Shown here in pieces: positions 9,359 to 19,123 of a DNA stretch of 64,000 nt. This DNA comes from Oceanispirochaeta sp. (GTDB lineage: Bacteria > Spirochaetota > Spirochaetia > DSM-2461). The stretch covers positions 864,001-928,000 of the forward strand of contig CAXXOA010000002.1 of the NCBI GenBank assembly GCA_963666275.2. The letters are read 5' to 3'. Under the pieces are notes generated by a model, which was not told where the DNA came from, did no database searches, and worked only from the letters and a program-made list of their open reading frames with translations. Position 1 is the first letter of the stretch; each line of letters begins with the position of its first letter. The position numbers and the translations under genes were made by a program.

Positions 9359-9405
9359 TTTGCGCAAAAAAAGTTGTTGACGTGCGCAAAAAGTGGGGTG
9401 ATAAT
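9359..9405 (+). promoter_or_regulatory. sigma70 promoter of the polyol operon with two TGCGCA operator sites
   Basis: TTGACG (9377)-17-GATAAT (9400). Palindrome TTTGCGCAAA at 9359-9368 and GTGCGCAAA at 9382-9390 in the spacer. Confidence 0.75.
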
Positions 9406-9432
9406 GAGCCCAGATAAGCCAAATAAGGAATT

Positions 9433-10476
9433 GTGATGAAAGCTGTTATTTTAGAAGAAAAGGGCAGTATCAGCCTGAGAGATATTGAAGTTGAAGACAG
9501 AGTCGGTCCGGATGATGTCAAAATCAAACCGGCGGCAGTAGGTATCTGCGGAAGCGATGTCCACTATTACCTTGAAGGAAATATTGGAGATTTTGTTGTC
9601 CGGGAACCCATGATTCTGGGGCATGAAGCCAGCGGTGTTGTCACAGAGGTCGGTGAAAACGTCAAACATCTGAAAGTGGGGGACAGGGTCTGTATGGAGC
9701 CGGGGATTCCTGATTTTAAAAGCAGTGAGACCCTTCAGGGAATGTACAATCTGGATCCGGCTGTCGTGTTCTGGGCAACCCCGCCAGTCCACGGCTGTCT
9801 GAGGGAGTCTGTGGTTCACCCCGGAAGCCTCACTTTCAAGCTCCCGGAAAATGTCTCTTTTGACGAAGGCGCTCTGGTGGAGCCTGTTGCCATTGGTATG
9901 CACTCTGCCAACAAAGCAGAAATCTCTTCTGGGGATACGGCTCTGGTTCTGGGAGCGGGGACCATCGGTATAGTCACGGCTCTGGCTGCGGAGGCTTCGG
10001 GCTGTTCCAAAGTATTTATTGCCGATTTAAAAGCGGAGAAACTGGATTTTGTCCGTAATCATTACGGAGATAAAATCACAGTTGTTGATCTGAAAACCCA
10101 GACAGTAAAGGACGTTCTGTCCGCTCATGATGTGGATCTTGTGGATATTGTATTTGAAGCCAGCGGAAGCGCTAAAGCCTATGAGGGCATTGCCGACTTT
10201 GCCAGACCCGGAGGGACCATCGTGCTGATTGGTATGCCCGGCGGACCTGTTCCTCTGGATGTTGTAGCCCTTCAGGCGAAAGAGCTGAGCATAAAAACGA
10301 TCTTCCGTTACGTGAATATCTACCCCAGGGTTATCAATCTTATTGCCTCGGGCAAATTGAATGTGAAACCCCTGGTAACAAAAAAATACAAATTCAAAGA
10401 GGCTGTAGAGGCTTTTGAGTTTGCTTCAACCCTGCCGGGTGATCAGATCAAAATCATGATCGAAACAGGGTTCTAG
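9433..10476 (+). CDS. Zn-dependent polyol dehydrogenase, xylitol dehydrogenase (D-xylulose reductase)-like
   Basis: [20 protein letters not shown] and GAGTIG. Structural-zinc cysteines are absent ([20 protein letters not shown]). Lies in an operon with xylB. Confidence 0.85.
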   Translation: MMKAVILEEKGSISLRDIEVEDRVGPDDVKIKPAAVGICGSDVHYYLEGNIGDFVVREPMILGHEASGVVTEVGENVKHLKVGDRVCMEPGIPDFKSSETLQGMYNLDPAVVFWATPPVHGCLRESVVHPGSLTFKLPENVSFDEGALVEPVAIGMHSANKAEISSGDTALVLGAGTIGIVTALAAEASGCSKVFIADLKAEKLDFVRNHYGDKITVVDLKTQTVKDVLSAHDVDLVDIVFEASGSAKAYEGIADFARPGGTIVLIGMPGGPVPLDVVALQAKELSIKTIFRYVNIYPRVINLIASGKLNVKPLVTKKYKFKEAVEAFEFASTLPGDQIKIMIETGF

Positions 10477-10524
10477 AAAAATTGGAAGAATGGCTAAGGC
10501 CATAAAAAATAAAGGAGTTACTAT

Positions 10525-11481
10525 ATGAAAAAGATTTTATTGGTAATGCTGACAATCTGTCTGGCAGCTCTTCCTGTCTTCTCAAGCGGACAGGCTGAAG
10601 ATGATGGAACATTTAAGGTCGCCTACATCGCCAGAGCCCAGGCGGATTCATTCGCTGCCTGGCTGGCAAATGCGGTTATTGAGGAAGCGGACAAGTATGA
10701 TGATATTTCTGTAAAGGTTTTTGATGGACAGGCTTCGGATGATAAAGTCAATTCTCTGATTGAAAATGCCATTGTGAACAAATTCGACGCTATCATTATT
10801 CAGCCCAATAATGGGGAATCTCAGAGACCCTATGCGGAAAAAGTTGTTGATGCGGGAATTATCTGCATCACCACCAATGCCAGAATTGCCGGAATACCCG
10901 GAGCGTCCTCTGTCGATGCCGATCCCTATGAGCAGGCGGCGGTTAATGCCCGTGCTGCGATCGAACAGGTTCCCCAGGGAGCCAATGTGGTTGTTCTCAA
11001 GGGCCCTCCCGGAAACTTCCATGCTGATGAAAGAAGAAAAAGCTGGGAAAATGAGTTTTTTGCCAAAAGACCTGATGTTACAATAGTGGGAGAGCAGATC
11101 GCCAACTGGAATAAAGACGAAGCTATGGCTCTTATGGAAGACTGGGTTCAGGCAAACGACAGTATCGATGCCATTATTGCCATGAATGACAATATGTGTG
11201 CGGGTGCTCTGGAAGTTGTGAAAGACAATCCCAAGTTTGACGGGATCCTGGCTTACGGTGTTGACGGAACAGCAGAAGCTACTCTCCTTATTCAGGAAGG
11301 ACTGATGACCTCAACCTGTCTGCAGAGTGCCTATGCACTGGCTGAAAATCTCCTTTCTGTAAGTCATAAACTGCTTACCGGAGAAGAGACTCAGATCGAC
11401 GTGGATATCGACGCACCTCTTGTGACAAAAGAGAATGTTCAGCAGTACATCGATATGCATAAAAGAGCCGGTGCTCTTTAA
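10525..11481 (+). CDS. Sugar/polyol ABC transporter substrate-binding protein (RbsB-like)
   Basis: Signal peptide, ANWNKDEA, AMNDNMCAG and GVDG. Upstream of the ATPase and permease. Confidence 0.93.
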   Translation: MKKILLVMLTICLAALPVFSSGQAEDDGTFKVAYIARAQADSFAAWLANAVIEEADKYDDISVKVFDGQASDDKVNSLIENAIVNKFDAIIIQPNNGESQRPYAEKVVDAGIICITTNARIAGIPGASSVDADPYEQAAVNARAAIEQVPQGANVVVLKGPPGNFHADERRKSWENEFFAKRPDVTIVGEQIANWNKDEAMALMEDWVQANDSIDAIIAMNDNMCAGALEVVKDNPKFDGILAYGVDGTAEATLLIQEGLMTSTCLQSAYALAENLLSVSHKLLTGEETQIDVDIDAPLVTKENVQQYIDMHKRAGAL

Positions 11482-11499
11482 TCTCTGAAGTTGTTGGTT

Positions 11500-11534
11500 A
11501 AGCCCCGACGGCGGAATGTCGCCGGGGCTTTTTT
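11500..11534 (+). terminator. Stem-loop with U-tract after the SBP gene
   Basis: AAGCCCCG...CGGGGCTT followed by TTTT. Confidence 0.75.
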
Positions 11535-11558
11535 GTCTGTAATAAATTAGGAAAACAA

Positions 11559-13067
11559 ATGGAAGAAATCAAACTGAAGGTTTCCAATATTGAAAAATCC
11601 TTTCCCGGTGTTAAGGCCCTGAAAAGCATCAATTTTTCCGTGCATAAGGGGACTGTCCACGTTCTGTGCGGAGAGAACGGTGCAGGAAAGTCAACGCTCA
11701 TGAAAATCATCAATGGTGTTTATAAACCAGATGACGGCATCATTGAAATTGACGGGAAAGCTGTGGATATCAAAAATCCCATTCAGGCCCGGGCTCATGG
11801 AATATCTATGATTTTTCAGGAACTCAACTACATTCCGGAAATGACAGTTGAAGAGAGCCTTTTTGTCGGGCGTCTTCCGGTCAATAAATTTCAAAAAGTA
11901 GACTGGAAAGAGATCAGACGCAGAACAAAAGAGCTGCTGGAAGCAGAAGGGCTTCCCTATGCACCCACTACCAGACTCCGGGATCTCTCTGTTTCGGATA
12001 TACAGATGCTGGAGATACTGAAGGCTATCTCTTACAAGTCAGAGATTGTCATAATGGATGAGCCCACTTCGGCTATCACACAGAAAGAAGTGGCTCTTTT
12101 ATTTGAAAAGATTCAGAAGCTGAAAAGTAACGGTGTCAGTATTATCTATATCTCCCACAAGATGGATGAGATTTTTCAGATCGCCGATGAAATTACAGTA
12201 CTGAGAGACGGCAGTGTTATTGAAACACGGAATAAAGACGACATTACCATTGATGAAGTGATTGCCCTCATGGTCGGCAGGGAGCTGTCCAGCGAATATC
12301 CCAAGGAAGAAGTTTCTATGGGAGAGGAAATCCTTGCTGTCAGGAATTTTACCAATCCAGGTTTTTTTGAAGACATCAGTTTTAACCTGAAAGAAGGGGA
12401 AATTGTCGGTTTTTCCGGTCTTATGGGCGCCGGCAGGACGGAAGTCATGCGGGCTGTCTTTGGACTGGATCCCTTTCAGGAGGGGGAAATTTCCAAAAAC
12501 GGCCTGAAAATTAATAATTCAACTGTAGAGAAAAGTATAAAGAACGGAATCGTCATGCTGTCGGAAGACAGGAGACGCTACGGGATTATCCCTGTGAGAG
12601 GGGTCCGGGAAAATGTCTCTCTGGCCAACCTGAAAAAGTTTTTTTACAGGGGGCATCTCCACAAAAAACAGGAACTCCAGACCATACAGGAAATCTGCAG
12701 CCAGATGAATGTGAAAACACCGACACTGGAAACGTCTATAGATTCCCTGAGCGGGGGAAATCAGCAGAAGGTTGTTCTGGCAAAATGGATGATCAATGAC
12801 CCGGATGTTCTGATTATGGATGAACCTACCAGGGGCATCGACATCGGAGCCAAGTTTGAAATCTATAAACTGATGACCTCCTTTGTGAAAAAGAAGAAAG
12901 CCATCATTATGGTTTCTTCGGAGCTTCCGGAACTGATCGGAATGTGTGACCGCATTTATGTCATGTCCAAAGGCAGGCTCATGGGATGTCTCAACCGGGA
13001 CGAATTCTCTCAGGAAACAATTATGAAAATGGCAACGGGTGTCATGAAAAAGGAGTCTGAAAAATGA
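11559..13067 (+). CDS. Sugar ABC transporter ATP-binding protein (CUT2, RbsA/MglA-like)
   Basis: GENGAGKST, MDEPT twice, LSGGNQQKV. Confidence 0.96.
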   Translation: MEEIKLKVSNIEKSFPGVKALKSINFSVHKGTVHVLCGENGAGKSTLMKIINGVYKPDDGIIEIDGKAVDIKNPIQARAHGISMIFQELNYIPEMTVEESLFVGRLPVNKFQKVDWKEIRRRTKELLEAEGLPYAPTTRLRDLSVSDIQMLEILKAISYKSEIVIMDEPTSAITQKEVALLFEKIQKLKSNGVSIIYISHKMDEIFQIADEITVLRDGSVIETRNKDDITIDEVIALMVGRELSSEYPKEEVSMGEEILAVRNFTNPGFFEDISFNLKEGEIVGFSGLMGAGRTEVMRAVFGLDPFQEGEISKNGLKINNSTVEKSIKNGIVMLSEDRRRYGIIPVRGVRENVSLANLKKFFYRGHLHKKQELQTIQEICSQMNVKTPTLETSIDSLSGGNQQKVVLAKWMINDPDVLIMDEPTRGIDIGAKFEIYKLMTSFVKKKKAIIMVSSELPELIGMCDRIYVMSKGRLMGCLNRDEFSQETIMKMATGVMKKESEK

Positions 13068-14056
13068 AATTCAGTTCAAAAAAAATAGATCATATGTGGA
13101 GCAATGCGAAAGACAGATACAGCATCATTCTGGTTCTGATCTTTTTAACAGTTATTTCAACGCTTATAAATCCCAATTTTCTGACAGCCGGTAATATGTC
13201 CAATGTTTCCCGTCAGATTGCGGTAACAACAATCCTGGCGTTCGGTGAAACCATCCTGATCATTTCGGGAATGCTCGATCTTTCCTCCGGGTCGGTACTG
13301 GCTCTGTCAGGGGTTCTTTCTGTTGCCGTTTTCAAAGCGACGGGAAACCTTTTACTTGCCTTTTTCGTGGCTATTTTCGTGGCGGTTTTCTGCAACCTTA
13401 TTAATGCCCTTATGGTAACCCGGTTCAAAACTCCTCCCTTTATTGCCACCCTGGCAATGCAGGCTATGGCCCGGGGAGCCGCCCTTCTGTACACTAGCGG
13501 GCAGAATATCTATCAGATCGACAGATACACCGTTTTCGGTCAGGGCTTTGTGGGATTCCTTCCCACTCCGGTGGTCTTTCTGATCGTTCTGTTCATTCTG
13601 ACCTGGTATATTCTTAAGCATACCCGATTCGGCCGGTCCCTGTTTGCCATCGGGGGCAATGAAGAGGCTGCCATCGCCTCGGGAATCAGCGTCAACCGGA
13701 ACAAGGTTATTGCCTACATGCTCAATGGTGTCCTTGTCGGTATTGCAGGTGTTCTGTTCATGTCCCGTGTTAACTCAGGCCTTCCCAACGGCGCCATCAA
13801 CTACGAGTTCCAGGCTCTGACCTCTTCGATCATAGGAGGAACCAGCTTTTCCGGCGGTATCGGAACGGCAGGAGGAACCGTGGCCGGTGCTTTTATTGTG
13901 GGATTCCTCAACAACATAATGAACCTGACCAATGTGAACTCCTATCTGCAGCAGATCATCCGGGGTGCGATCATCGCACTGGCTGTTATCTATGATATCA
14001 ATTCCAAGTCAAAACGGGATAAGAAAAAACTCGGAAACATCACGGAAAAGAAATGA
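13064..14056 (+). CDS. Sugar ABC transporter permease (RbsC-like)
   Basis: LDLSSGS, PPFIATL, TRFGRSLFAIGGNEEAA and GGTS. Confidence 0.96.
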   Translation: MKFSSKKIDHMWSNAKDRYSIILVLIFLTVISTLINPNFLTAGNMSNVSRQIAVTTILAFGETILIISGMLDLSSGSVLALSGVLSVAVFKATGNLLLAFFVAIFVAVFCNLINALMVTRFKTPPFIATLAMQAMARGAALLYTSGQNIYQIDRYTVFGQGFVGFLPTPVVFLIVLFILTWYILKHTRFGRSLFAIGGNEEAAIASGISVNRNKVIAYMLNGVLVGIAGVLFMSRVNSGLPNGAINYEFQALTSSIIGGTSFSGGIGTAGGTVAGAFIVGFLNNIMNLTNVNSYLQQIIRGAIIALAVIYDINSKSKRDKKKLGNITEKK

Positions 14057-15540
14057 AAACAGTAATCGGAATAGACAACGGAACCCAGAGTACCAAGGTT
14101 GTCTTCTATGACTATGAGAATAAAACCATCGCCGCTTCAGCTACGGCCCCCCATGATCTGATCAGCCTGGACGACGGCAGCCGGGAACAGAAGGCCCAGT
14201 GGTGGATCACCGCCCTGGAAAACTGCTTTGCCGCGATCGATCCTGAAATCCGAAAGACCGCTCAGGCCGTGGGCGTTTCAGGACAGCAGCACGGCTTTGT
14301 TCCCCTGGACAGCGAGGGGAATGTTCTGAGGGATGTGAAACTCTGGTGCGACACCTCCACTGCCGGAGAGTGCCGGGAACTGACCGAGTCCTTCGGGGGA
14401 GACGAGAAACTCCTGGAGGAGACAGGAAATCTGGTTCTGCCCGGTTATACGGCTTCGAAAATCCTGTGGCTCAAAAAGAACGAGCCCGCGTCCTATGAGA
14501 AAATGGCCCATGTGCTTCTGCCCCACGACTATCTGAACTTCTATCTGACCGGTGAGTATGTGATGGAGTTCGGCGATGCCTCGGGAACAGCCCTTCTGGA
14601 TGTGAAGAACCGCTGCTGGCACAAAGAGCTGGTTCGCGCTCTGGATCCCCAGCGGGATCTGATGAGTACCCTGCCCCGGCTGATTCAGAGCTGGGAGCCA
14701 GCGGGAACCGTGAAGGCCGATGTGGCGGAAAAACTGGGAATCCCTGCGGGGATACCCGTTTCCTCCGGCGGAGGAGACAATATGATGGGCGCCGTGGGAA
14801 CCGGAACGGTCCGGGACGGGGTTCTGACCATGAGTCTGGGAACCAGCGGAACCCTCTACGGATATTCGGACAGCCCCATTATTGATCCCGACGGGAACCT
14901 GGCGGCCTTCTGCTCCAGTACCGGCGGCTGGCTGCCCCTGCTGTGCACCATGAACTGTACGGTGGCTACCGAACAGATGCGTCAGCTTTTCGACTACGGC
15001 GTGAAAGAGTTCGACAAACTGGGCGCATCGGCCCCCGCCGGAAGCGAGGGGATTCTGACTCTTCCTTTCTTCAACGGGGAGCGGACGCCCAACTTCCCCA
15101 ACGGCCGGGGCTGTATTGTGGGGATGACTTCATCCAATGTGAAGAAGGAGAACATCTTCCGCTCCGCCCTGGAATCGGCGATTCTGGGAATGAAACTGGG
15201 GCTGGACTCGTTTCAGAAGCTGGGATTCCAGGCCCGTGAGGTCCGCCTGATCGGAGGGGGAGCCAACTCTCCCGTGTGGCGTCAGATTACGGCGGATATT
15301 CTGAACCTGCCTGTAGTCGTGCCTGTCACCGCCGAAGCGGCGGCTCTGGGGGGAGCCCTCCAGGCCCTGTGGTGCCTGAAAAAGGACGAGGGGACGGATA
15401 TCAATACTCTGGTGGATGAGCATGTGGCGCTGGATGAGAGTCAGAGCTGCCGGCCCGACCCGGAGAATGTGAAAATCTATGAAAAGACCTATGCCGAATA
15501 CACCCGTTATGTTGAGGCATTGAGCGGTCTTTTCAGTTAA
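14053..15540 (+). CDS. xylB: Xylulokinase (FGGY family)
   Basis: GIDNGTQSTK, SGQQHG, LWCD, GGGDN, SLGTSG and FNGERTP. Confidence 0.9.
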   Translation: MKTVIGIDNGTQSTKVVFYDYENKTIAASATAPHDLISLDDGSREQKAQWWITALENCFAAIDPEIRKTAQAVGVSGQQHGFVPLDSEGNVLRDVKLWCDTSTAGECRELTESFGGDEKLLEETGNLVLPGYTASKILWLKKNEPASYEKMAHVLLPHDYLNFYLTGEYVMEFGDASGTALLDVKNRCWHKELVRALDPQRDLMSTLPRLIQSWEPAGTVKADVAEKLGIPAGIPVSSGGGDNMMGAVGTGTVRDGVLTMSLGTSGTLYGYSDSPIIDPDGNLAAFCSSTGGWLPLLCTMNCTVATEQMRQLFDYGVKEFDKLGASAPAGSEGILTLPFFNGERTPNFPNGRGCIVGMTSSNVKKENIFRSALESAILGMKLGLDSFQKLGFQAREVRLIGGGANSPVWRQITADILNLPVVVPVTAEAAALGGALQALWCLKKDEGTDINTLVDEHVALDESQSCRPDPENVKIYEKTYAEYTRYVEALSGLFS

Positions 15541-15560
15541 GTGAATTTTCGGGACTTTAC

Positions 15561-15597
15561 AGATACCGTGGCGGTTATTCTGTCTGCGGTATCTTTT
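15561..15597 (+). terminator. Stem-loop with short U-tract between xylB and the SDR gene
   Basis: AGATACCG...CGGTATCT followed by TTT. Confidence 0.5.
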
Positions 15598-15620
15598 AAT
15601 TTTATAAAGGGGGGAATAGA

Positions 15621-16415
15621 ATGGATTTGAATCTGAAAGGGAAGCAGGTCTTCATTACTGGTGGAAGTGTCGGTATCGGTCTTGCCGTGGCCAGAGCGTT
15701 TGCCCGGGAGGGGGCAGATGTTGCTATCGGGGCCCGGAATAAAGAACGTGTTGAGGCGGAAGCGAGAAATATTGCAAAAGATTATGGCGTGAGGGCTCTG
15801 GGTCTTTCTGTGGATGTAACTAAGCCGGAAGATATTGAAAGTGCCGGGAAGGCGATTGAAGAGGCTTTCGGCGGAATTGATATTGTTATAAATAATGCCG
15901 GCTCAGGGACAGAAGAAACCGTAATGAACTCTAAAGATGAGGACTGGTATGCGGTCTGGGACCTGCATGTCATGAGTACTGTCAGGACAACCCGGACTTT
16001 TGTTCCCTATATGAAAAAGCGGGGGGGCGGGGTGATCCTCAATACGGCCAGTATCTGTGCCACCCAGCCTCTCTGGTACGAACCCATATACAATACAACC
16101 AAAGCGGCGCTTCTGATGCTGGGGAAGTGTCTGGCCAATGAGCTCATTGGTGACAATATCCGTGTGAATACAGTCAGTCCCGGGCTGGTTCTGACTCCGG
16201 ACTGGTGGAAAACTGCCGGGATTCTGGCCGAAAAAGAGGGGATTACTCCCAAAGAGTATCTGGATAATATTGCCAGAGACAGCGCCCCGATCAACCGCTT
16301 TGCCAGTCCCGAAGAGATTGCCGAATACTATGTTTTCCTGGCTTCCGATAAAGGGGCCTATTCGGTGGGATCCAACTATTATATAGACGGCGGCTGGCTG
16401 AACGGTGTGAGATAG
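15621..16415 (+). CDS. Short-chain dehydrogenase/reductase, L-sorbose-reductase (SboA)-like
   Basis: TGGSVGIG, NNAG and catalytic YNTTK inside SICATQPLWYEPIYNTTKAAL. As I recall it, this matches Gluconobacter NADPH-dependent L-sorbose reductase. Confidence 0.85.
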   Translation: MDLNLKGKQVFITGGSVGIGLAVARAFAREGADVAIGARNKERVEAEARNIAKDYGVRALGLSVDVTKPEDIESAGKAIEEAFGGIDIVINNAGSGTEETVMNSKDEDWYAVWDLHVMSTVRTTRTFVPYMKKRGGGVILNTASICATQPLWYEPIYNTTKAALLMLGKCLANELIGDNIRVNTVSPGLVLTPDWWKTAGILAEKEGITPKEYLDNIARDSAPINRFASPEEIAEYYVFLASDKGAYSVGSNYYIDGGWLNGVR

Positions 16416-16430
16416 TTCTATTTTCCGGAA

Positions 16431-17417
16431 TCACCAGCAGTGATGGACGTAGTGCCTGATGTATTTATCATAGATCCGTCGGACTGCATCCATCTTCTCT
16501 GGTGAAAAATCCGGGTATTCCGCCGCTTTAACGTTGGATATCACCTGTTCCTGACGACTGGCTCCCGGGATAATACAGCTGACCTGGCTGTGCATGAGGA
16601 TCCATTTCAGGGCAGGCTGGACCAGCAGATCCTCCTGAGGAAAGTGTTTCCGCAGTTCTTCCACAGCATCCAGTCCTGCTTCATAGGGAACTCCGGAAAA
16701 GGTTTCTCCCCGGTCAAAAGCCTCTCCTTGGCGGTTGAAGGTTCTATGGTCCTCTTTGGCGAATCGGGTATCCTTCGTGAATTTCCCTGTAAGAAGACCG
16801 CTGCCCAGGGGTACTCTGACAATAACACCGATTTTCCGATCTTCCGCCTGCCGGAAGAAGAGCTCCGCCGGGCGCTGGCGAAACATGTTGAAAATGATCT
16901 GAACTGTCTCTACTCCCTCGTATTCAATGGCTTTCAGGGCTTCTTCAACACGTTCCACACTCACGCCGTAGTGCCGTATCTTCCCTTTCTGTTTTATCCT
17001 GTCCAGTGCTTTGAAGAGAGACGGATTGTAATAGACATCCGTGGGCGGGCAATGAAGCTGCAGAAGGTCCAGCGATTCCATCCCTGTGTTTTTCAGGCTG
17101 TCATCGATGAAACCTTCAATGTTTTCAGGTGTATAGCCCCGGGCGGTATGGGGATCCAATCGTCTTCCTGCCTTTGTGGCCAGGACAATCTCCTGCTTCC
17201 TCTCCCGGAGGACCCTGCCTACGGCTCTTTCGCTTAAACCGTCGCTGTAGACATCTGCTGTATCAATAAAGTTGATTCCCTGATCTATGGCAAGATTCAG
17301 TGTCCTGTAGGCATCTTCCTCGTCAAAAGATCTGCCCCAGCCGCCTCCCAGCTGCCAGGTTCCCAGAGAAATCTCCGAAACTGTAAAACCGGTTTTTCCT
17401 AACGCTCTGTATTTCAT
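16431..17417 (-). CDS. Aldo/keto reductase
   Basis: LGTWQLGG, FIDTADVY, ATKAG, LLQLH, PLGSGLLTGK and IPGAS. Confidence 0.95.
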   Translation of the reverse strand: MKYRALGKTGFTVSEISLGTWQLGGGWGRSFDEEDAYRTLNLAIDQGINFIDTADVYSDGLSERAVGRVLRERKQEIVLATKAGRRLDPHTARGYTPENIEGFIDDSLKNTGMESLDLLQLHCPPTDVYYNPSLFKALDRIKQKGKIRHYGVSVERVEEALKAIEYEGVETVQIIFNMFRQRPAELFFRQAEDRKIGVIVRVPLGSGLLTGKFTKDTRFAKEDHRTFNRQGEAFDRGETFSGVPYEAGLDAVEELRKHFPQEDLLVQPALKWILMHSQVSCIIPGASRQEQVISNVKAAEYPDFSPEKMDAVRRIYDKYIRHYVHHCW

Positions 17418-17486
17418 AGGTATAAGTATGAAGGATTTTTATCAGGAATGACAGAAAACAGTCATACAACCCATCCATTCCGGAAT

Positions 17487-17771
17487 TCAGAGATACTCTT
17501 CAATATCATGCCCGTAGTTGCGTCTCTGATAGCCTTGAGATCGTTTCCTGGCATACTCTCTGATCTCCGGGAACTCAATGAATTCTCCCAGATAGGTAAA
17601 ACCGCCGTCTTCTGTGGCACTCTCAAAGGAGAGATAGAGCATGGTCTTGTCTATCTGTTTGAAATCTCTGTCGTACACCCGGGAAATCTTTCCCCCGCTG
17701 TCCCTTTCTATCCACATTTCTTCATGAGGCCGGGATATGCCCCGGACCCTTTCCAGTTTATCTTTGTTCAT
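17487..17771 (-). CDS. Hypothetical 94-aa protein
   Basis: Fills the gap between genes, has a hydrophilic protein-like composition, and has a TAGAGT -10-like hexamer 7 nt before the ATG. Confidence 0.55.
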   Translation of the reverse strand: MNKDKLERVRGISRPHEEMWIERDSGGKISRVYDRDFKQIDKTMLYLSFESATEDGGFTYLGEFIEFPEIREYARKRSQGYQRRNYGHDIEEYL

Positions 17772-17908
17772 ATTCTGTACTCTATGTTACAACATCCCCC
17801 GGGAAAAATCATTACAACAGGGCAGTGGAGCCGAAGCTTTACTGTCGGGAGACGGAGTTTTTGTGTACTATGAACCCTAAGGAAGGAAATTTGTTCTGAG
17901 GAGCTTGT

Positions 17909-18403
17909 ATGGATCTGGAGTTTATGGCGATTCTCATTGTGACGGGAATTCTGCTGGGGCTATCTCTGGCCGGGAGCAGAAAGAAAACAGGGCTGGTTCT
18001 GAAGATGGCGGGGAAGCGTTTTATTAAGATATTTCCCATGGTGGTCCTGATGGTCCTTCTTCTGGCGATCACATTTCTGTTTATTCCCGCAGAGGATTTA
18101 TCAGCCTATCTGGGAAGTGATAATATTCTGGAGGGAACTGGACTTGCCGCCCTGATCGGTTCCATTTCTCTTATGCCTGGGTTCATCGCCTTTCCTCTGG
18201 GGGGCGCCCTGAGAGATTCGGGGATTCCCTATATGGTCATATCAGCCCTCACATCCTCTCTGATGATGGTGGGAATCCTCACGATTCCTGTGGAAAGGCA
18301 GTACTTGGGGCTGAAGGTCACTCTGGTGCGGAACCTTGTCTATTTTTTTGTGGCCCTACTGGTGGCACTGGTCACAGGACTGGTTTACGGTGAATTGGTA
18401 TGA
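17909..18403 (+). CDS. Permease, ArsP/DUF318-like half protein
   Basis: GAGGAG RBS, hydrophobic, with GSISLMPGFIAFPL and EXQYLGLKVTLVRN motifs. Confidence 0.8.
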   Translation: MDLEFMAILIVTGILLGLSLAGSRKKTGLVLKMAGKRFIKIFPMVVLMVLLLAITFLFIPAEDLSAYLGSDNILEGTGLAALIGSISLMPGFIAFPLGGALRDSGIPYMVISALTSSLMMVGILTIPVERQYLGLKVTLVRNLVYFFVALLVALVTGLVYGELV

Positions 18404-18918
18404 GAAAAAAAATATCATTTTTTTATCCTCTTCTGATTCTGGCACTGCTGTTCTGGGCTGTTCTGTATCTGGTGAATCCGGCATCAGGAAAGATTGTTTC
18501 CCGGAATTTTTTCGGGTCTTTTCTGACAATGATGAAAATTCTGCCTTTCACTTTTATTCTGATAAGCCTTTTCGAGGTATGGGTGAAAAAAGAGAAGGTG
18601 GAGAAGCATCTGGGAACAGAAGGAGGCGCTCTCAGTTTTCTCTGGGCCCTGGCCCTGGGAGGAACCACTGTGGGGCCGATGATCGTAGCCTTTCCCGTGG
18701 CTTCCGCCCTTCACAGAAAAGGGGCAAGGCTATCTGTTGTATTCACCTATATCGGTGCCTCCGCAGTCTGCAGGATCCCCATGACCATTTTTGAGAGCTC
18801 CTATCTGGGAGTCAAATTCACACTTATCAGGTACGGGGTTTCCCTTCCCCTTATCGTCCTGACTTCTATCATTATGGGGAGAGTTCTGGAAAAGAGAAAT
18901 TTCAGTATTACAGGATAA
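18400..18918 (+). CDS. Permease, ArsP/DUF318-like half protein
   Basis: ATGA overlap with the previous gene. GPMIVAFPVASALHRKGA and FESSYLGVKFTLIR. Confidence 0.8.
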   Translation: MRKKISFFYPLLILALLFWAVLYLVNPASGKIVSRNFFGSFLTMMKILPFTFILISLFEVWVKKEKVEKHLGTEGGALSFLWALALGGTTVGPMIVAFPVASALHRKGARLSVVFTYIGASAVCRIPMTIFESSYLGVKFTLIRYGVSLPLIVLTSIIMGRVLEKRNFSITG

Positions 18919-18934
18919 TCTCTCTCAGGACCCG

Positions 18935-18979
18935 TGTACCCCGGGGTAGAAAAGGCTCCGGATTGTACGGAAATGTATT
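18935..18979. promoter_or_regulatory. Candidate enhancer (UAS) sites upstream of the modA sigma54 promoter
   Basis: Near-palindrome TGTACCCCGGGGTAGA at 18935-18950 and weaker TGTACGGAAATGTATT at 18964-18979. Confidence 0.45.
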
Positions 18980-19066
18980 AATATCTGTTGGCTTTGGATC
19001 TGTTTCGTTCTGTTTTGTTATGTTAAGAACTGTTTAAACCTGTTCCCCGGCTGTTTTTGCCTCTTT

Positions 19067-19081
19067 TGGCACGGGTATTGC
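19067..19081 (+). promoter_or_regulatory. sigma54 (-24/-12) promoter of modABC
   Basis: TGGCACG-GGTA-TTGC, an exact consensus, ending 42 nt before the modA ATG. Confidence 0.8.
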
Positions 19082-19123
19082 GTTCTATTTGGCAGAACTT
19101 AAAGATAGAATGGATGGTTTCGC

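Noticed and set aside
17448..17873. 141-aa plus-strand ORF
   Set aside because: It conflicts with the 94-aa minus-strand ORF, which has a more protein-like composition and a start signal. The choice is not certain.
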